From: an uncultured Alphaproteobacteria bacterium
Lineage (GTDB): Bacteria > Pseudomonadota > Alphaproteobacteria > Rhizobiales > Hyphomicrobiaceae
DNA length: 64,000 nt
Direction of reading: 5' to 3'
NCBI GenBank assembly: GCA_963714325.1
Contig: CAVQOB010000006.1
Location: forward strand, 171,071-235,070
Both the position numbers and the translations under genes were made by a program. Shown piece by piece: positions 60,045-64,000 of this stretch. The notes below the pieces were generated by a model. It ran no database searches. It was not told the DNA's origin and saw only the letters and a program-made list of their open reading frames with translations. How positions within the stretch are numbered: the first letter of the stretch is position 1; every line of letters begins with the position of its first letter.

Positions 60045-61306
60045 GTCAGCTTCTCCCACGCCTTGAGGAAGAAATCGGGTGCGCCAAAGTTGCCGGATTT
60101 GAGTGCGAGAACGAGATCTGTTCCACCGATGCTGCGCGTCCACGGCACCCCCGGATCAATCTCGGGGCCAATTTCGAGCGCCGTCACGCCAAGGCCATTG
60201 ACCACCGCGCCCGATGTCTCGCCGCCGGCGACGATGAGGCGCGTGAAGCCGTTGGCGACAAGATTTTTGGCAACGGCCGCTAAGATGCGTTCGACCAAAG
60301 CGCCGGCTTCGTCGCGGCCGAGCTTCTCCTGCACCTTTTGAATCGTCTCCGGATCGGCACTCGAATAGATCAGGATGGGCCGTTCGGCCGGTTGCGCTTG
60401 CGCCCAGCCAGAGACGGATTGTTCGGTCGTCGTGCCTCTGGCGATGTCGAGCGCGTCGAGTTTCATGTGCGGGACGCCCGATGTGATCGCCGCTTCCACC
60501 TGCCCGCGTGTCGCGGCACTGCACGAGCCCGCGAGAATAGCCGCGCGGCCGGCCGGCGCATTCATTTGCGTCGGCGCTGGCGTGGATTTCATCAATCCCT
60601 GACGGACGAAGTTGGCGGGCAGGCCAAGTGCAACACCGGATCCGCCAGTGATCAGCTTCATATCGGCGACAGCCGTGCCCATGTCGACCAGATGCTTGTC
60701 GGTGATGGCGTCCACAACAACGTATCGCTCTCCGCGCTTGCGGGCTTCAGCAATGGCTGTGCTGATGGCGTCGGCGCCCTTGTCGACAATCGTGAAAGGG
60801 ACGAGGCCGACCTTATGCTGGGTCTGACGGGCAAGGACGCGAACCAGATTGCTATCGCGCATTGGCGTCAGCGGGTGATCCTTCATCGGGCTTTCGGCGA
60901 GTGGTACATCGCCGGCGAAGAGATTACCAAGATAGACCGTGCGCTTGTTGGTCGGGAACGCCGGGCAGACGATCGCCAGATCTGCTCCGACGCGATTGGC
61001 GAGCGCGTCGGCGACTGGGCCGATGTTGCCCTTGTCGGTCGAATCGAAGGTCGAGCAGTATTTGAAGAAGAGTTGTTTGGCGCCGCGGGCCAGCAACGCG
61101 TCGGCGGTGGCGAGCGACATGGCGACGGCTTCGGCGGACGGGTTCGTGCGCGACTTCAGCGCGACGACGACGGCGTCGAAGCCGTCGAGTTTCGTGGTCG
61201 CGTCGGGCACCTGCATCACTTGCAGCGTCCGCATGCCGGCGCGCGTCAGCATCAGCGCCAGGTCGGTCGCCCCGGTCAAATCATCAGCGATACATCCGAG
61301 CAGCAT
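60041..61306 (-). CDS. otnK: four-carbon acid sugar kinase family protein (DUF1537, 3-oxo-tetronate kinase-like)
   Basis: MLLGCIADDLTGATDLALML N-terminus is characteristic of the YgbK/OtnK family. 421 aa. Confidence 0.78.
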   Translation of the reverse strand: MLLGCIADDLTGATDLALMLTRAGMRTLQVMQVPDATTKLDGFDAVVVALKSRTNPSAEAVAMSLATADALLARGAKQLFFKYCSTFDSTDKGNIGPVADALANRVGADLAIVCPAFPTNKRTVYLGNLFAGDVPLAESPMKDHPLTPMRDSNLVRVLARQTQHKVGLVPFTIVDKGADAISTAIAEARKRGERYVVVDAITDKHLVDMGTAVADMKLITGGSGVALGLPANFVRQGLMKSTPAPTQMNAPAGRAAILAGSCSAATRGQVEAAITSGVPHMKLDALDIARGTTTEQSVSGWAQAQPAERPILIYSSADPETIQKVQEKLGRDEAGALVERILAAVAKNLVANGFTRLIVAGGETSGAVVNGLGVTALEIGPEIDPGVPWTRSIGGTDLVLALKSGNFGAPDFFLKAWEKLT

Positions 61307-61430
61307 TTTTCACACCCGGCCGCTGGACCAGGCTCCCCTCATGTCAGACTGGACGCTTGTAGCATGCCGCACTCGACTTACCAGTCGGTAGCCGGTGGCC
61401 TGGCCGATCGAATGGCGGACATGATGGTAA

Positions 61431-61507
61431 TGGCGGTCCCGGCAGGGGTCGAACCCGCGGCCTTCGCGTTCGAAGCGCGACGCTCTATCCAGCTGAGCTA
61501 CGGAACC
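61431..61507 (-). tRNA. tRNA-Arg (anticodon UCG)
   Basis: The reverse complement folds as a cloverleaf: acceptor GGUUCCG/CGGGACC, D-arm GCUC-AGCUGGAUA-GAGC, anticodon arm UCGCG-CUUCGAA-CGCGA, T-arm GCGGG-UUCGACC-CCUGC, discriminator G, encoded CCA. 77 nt. Confidence 0.95.
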
Positions 61508-61571
61508 ATTGTGGCCATTGCAGCGTCCTTCTAGCAGGACATCAGGCGCTTGGGAATGGACGTTACGGAGC

Positions 61572-62207
61572 TCAATTCCGGCTTGAGAGTGCCAATCGGC
61601 AGGCGAGGCCGACAAACACAGCGGCAAGGATGTATTGCGGCCATCGTGCGAATGGGGTGGGCCGGCTGATGTGGCCACGCAATTGTTTCGCGGCCAAGAT
61701 CACTGCGCCGTTCACAATCAATCCGATCAGGTTCAGAACTGTTGCCAGCACAAGGATCTGCAGTGCCACGTTGCCGTTTTCGGGCCTGATGAATTGCGGC
61801 AGTAAGGCCAGCATGAACAGAACCATTTTTGGATTGAGCAGATTGGTCAGCAGCCCCTGCGTAAACATCCGCGCCAGGGAATGCTTCGGTTCTCGATGCG
61901 ATGGCAGTGACCGCAGCGTAGGCACTTCCCGGATCGTTGTCTACGCGAGATAGAGAAGATTCGCAGCATCCACCCACCGCACGAAATCGTAGGCGAAAGG
62001 CACCACCAGGAATAGCTGAGATAGCCCGAGGGCAACCGCTATGGCATGAACATATGTCCCGGCCTGAATGCCGGCCAGCGTCGCAAATCTGGCCGCGTGT
62101 CCTTGATTGACGCTGCGCGATGCGATCAGCAGCATGTCCGGTCCCGGCGTCGCCGTCAGTGCGATGCAAGCGGTGGCAAAGAGCAGCAAGGTGGCAAAAT
62201 CGGGCAT
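61572..62207 (-). pseudogene. LysE/RhtB family amino-acid exporter with in-frame TAG stop
   Basis: MPDFATLLLFATACIALTATPGPDMLL... is a LysE N-terminus. The same frame continues after TAG at 61941-61943 (LYLA*TTIREV...LLTNLLNPKMVLF...). The two track ORFs 61941..62207 and 61572..61925 are in the same frame. Confidence 0.8.
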
Positions 62208-62291
62208 CGATCAGACTCCAGTCGCTCTTGGTGGCAGCGCTGCATACTAGTTGTCTGCTGGCTATTTGCCTTCTGGCCTAACGCTTCGCAA

Positions 62292-63188
62292 TCAATGCCT
62301 GCTGTCGTGGTCAAAAGCGCCCAGTCGAGTTGCATGCCGGCGCACCAGCTCTAGTCCGAGGGCGGTTGGCCGCAACGCCGGCGCGCGATCATAAATCTCA
62401 ATTCCTGCGCGCGCGCCAAAAATGCGTTTGCCGTAACAAATGAGGCTTTCAACCGACTGCATGATGAAGACAATGACCGGCAGGACATCGGCGTAGGCGC
62501 GCTCCGCTTCGTCCTCGCGGCCCGCCTCGAGCAGGCGCCAGATCGCAACCGAACGATCGATCGTATCCGGGGCAAGGATCATGCCGGAACAGCCCGAGCG
62601 CCAGTTATCCGTCAACTCAAGGCCGCCGCGGCCATTGAGGACGGGGACGCGGCCAGCCGTCGCGTCGATCACGCCCTTGATATCAACCACCGGCCCTTCG
62701 CCTTTCAACAGCCGGACATTGGGATGTTGCGTAACGAGGTCGCGGATTTCGTCGGCCGTTAAGCCGCGCCCCATATAGGCCGGCGCGTTCTGGATTGCGA
62801 CCGGCAGCGTCGTTGCGTCAGCGATGCGCCCAAAGAACCGGATATACTCGGCGCCCGCGAACGCACCGACCGCCGGTGGTTGCAGGATCACGTAGGCCGC
62901 CCTGACACTTTCGGCGTGCCGCACTTGCGCGATCTGCTCTGCGACGGAGTTGCCATAGATCGTGAAGTAGGTTGGAAGGCGACCGCTGACATCATCCGCC
63001 ACCCAATCCATCACCTGCCGCCTTTCGGCTTCTGTGAGTTTAGAAACCTCGGTCGCAAGGCCCAGTGCGCCGATGGCTGCGGCGTTGCAACCGAGGCAGA
63101 TTTCCACCTGGCGTCGCATCGCCGCTCGGTCCAATGTCTCGTCCTTGTTGAAAAGGGCGTAAAGGATGGCATGGATGCCCTTGTGCAT
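62292..63188 (-). CDS. dihydrodipicolinate synthase family protein
   Basis: 298 aa, DapA/NAL-family TIM-barrel pattern (GALGLATEVSKLTEAER, GNS..., YVILQPP). Confidence 0.8.
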   Translation of the reverse strand: MHKGIHAILYALFNKDETLDRAAMRRQVEICLGCNAAAIGALGLATEVSKLTEAERRQVMDWVADDVSGRLPTYFTIYGNSVAEQIAQVRHAESVRAAYVILQPPAVGAFAGAEYIRFFGRIADATTLPVAIQNAPAYMGRGLTADEIRDLVTQHPNVRLLKGEGPVVDIKGVIDATAGRVPVLNGRGGLELTDNWRSGCSGMILAPDTIDRSVAIWRLLEAGREDEAERAYADVLPVIVFIMQSVESLICYGKRIFGARAGIEIYDRAPALRPTALGLELVRRHATRLGAFDHDSRH

Positions 63189-63226
63189 CTGATGATCTCT
63201 CGAGCGAAGCGCGCAAGTTGAAAGTC

Positions 63227-63967
63227 TCAGGGTACAATGCCGGTTGCCGTCAGGCCACGGTCTTCGCGACGCAACCGTGTTAGTTCACCAAGTCCTTCGC
63301 GAAATCCGAGCGGCGGTAGGATGACCACAGCGGCGCCCGATGGCATGGCCACACGGAACTCGATTCCCTGTCCCTGCCAAAGCTGCGTTGCAACATCCGC
63401 ACTGACCGCCACTTCGGCCTCCATCAGGCATCCGCTGCTCATGCATTGGTCGAACGGTTCGCGGACGACCCGGCCCGGCAGCAATAGCGAAAGGGCGTCA
63501 CCGCCGGTCAATGCCTGCTCTACAAAAACGCGCCACAATACGATCTCGCGGCCAGCCACGGCATCGATGACAAAGTGGGAAACAACGCGGCCGCCGTCAG
63601 CCCCATCGGCACCACGCAGCACGTCCGCTCGAATGAGCGCACAGCGTTGACGGGTGCCGACACGGCCGCAACGGATGTCCCAGGCGCCAATGGTCCGATG
63701 CAAGCGCGGCGGCAGTGTGTGTGCCAGACCATCGCTACTCTCAACGGACAGTGCGGGGACTGTAGCACCCCAAGGCCACGACCAAATCCCATCGTCGAAC
63801 GCATGGTGCGTCATCGCACAGACCCGCACCGACCAGCTTTGCCGTAGTCGATATCCGGCGAACGTTTCGCCGAGTTTGCCAACCAGTGACTTCAATCGGT
63901 CGCAGGTGGACCGCCTTGGCCCGCGCGGCAGCGCGCGCTCGAACGGCGCTGCGGCTTCACTCTGCAT
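63227..63967 (-). CDS. hypothetical protein
   Basis: 246-aa ORF directly upstream of, and apparently co-oriented in an operon with, the DapA-like gene. No recognisable motif. The start is uncertain (an alternative ATG gives MTHHAFDD...). Confidence 0.35.
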   Translation of the reverse strand: MQSEAAAPFERALPRGPRRSTCDRLKSLVGKLGETFAGYRLRQSWSVRVCAMTHHAFDDGIWSWPWGATVPALSVESSDGLAHTLPPRLHRTIGAWDIRCGRVGTRQRCALIRADVLRGADGADGGRVVSHFVIDAVAGREIVLWRVFVEQALTGGDALSLLLPGRVVREPFDQCMSSGCLMEAEVAVSADVATQLWQGQGIEFRVAMPSGAAVVILPPLGFREGLGELTRLRREDRGLTATGIVP

Positions 63968-64000
63968 CGCCGCGACAAAATGAGAGCGCCCAGGCGAATG

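Noticed and set aside
60338-61534. 398-aa plus-strand ORF, and the 122-aa minus-strand ORF at 61310..61678
   Set aside because: The first is antisense to the DUF1537 kinase. Both run across the tRNA-Arg gene, which explains that sequence better.
61307-61571. tRNA-Arg as the anchor of an integrated island
   Set aside because: There is no integrase, no phage or conjugation genes, and no visible direct repeat of the tRNA 3-prime end in the flanks. The neighbouring genes are ordinary metabolic genes.
1-64000. CRISPR arrays, tandem repeats, IS elements, prophage or defence-system genes
   Set aside because: Scanning intergenic regions on both strands showed no regularly spaced direct repeats, no transposase or integrase-like ORFs, and no nuclease, ATPase or helicase clusters typical of defence islands.

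Overview
High-GC alphaproteobacterial chromosome segment. Gene content and protein signatures look like Hyphomicrobiales, Nitrobacteraceae/Bradyrhizobiaceae-like; this is an inference from sequence only. Most of the window is housekeeping backbone: aroC, ppa, rplU-rpmA-GNAT-GNAT-obg-proB-proA, dnaK/dnaJ, grpE-hrcA, acs, dinB, alkB, one tRNA-Arg(UCG), and an acyl-CoA catabolic module with an orphan Bug-type binding protein. The clearest accessory block is a roughly 11.6 kb Wzx/Wzy-type polysaccharide cluster at 36.1-47.7 kb between acs and a Dcp-like peptidase. It holds four glycosyltransferases, a Tat-signal GH10 hydrolase, a CelD-like acyltransferase and an uncharacterised 495-aa two-domain protein. 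It has no priming transferase and no export genes. Other points worth a second look: (1) two genes, a signal-peptide protein and an FkbM-family methyltransferase, are wedged tightly between dnaK and dnaJ; (2) low-GC membrane-protein genes interrupt obg-proB-proA; (3) there are three REP/MITE-like nested-hairpin elements with GTCATCC...GGATGAC termini; (4) several conserved genes carry single-base lesions: aroC has two 1-nt insertions, the M3 peptidase has one 1-nt insertion, a LysE exporter has an in-frame TAG, and a GIY-YIG gene is decayed. These lesions could be real gene decay or assembly error. No CRISPR array, prophage, integrase, transposase or recognisable defence system was seen. Many long ORFs in the six-frame track are antisense artefacts of high GC content and were not called.
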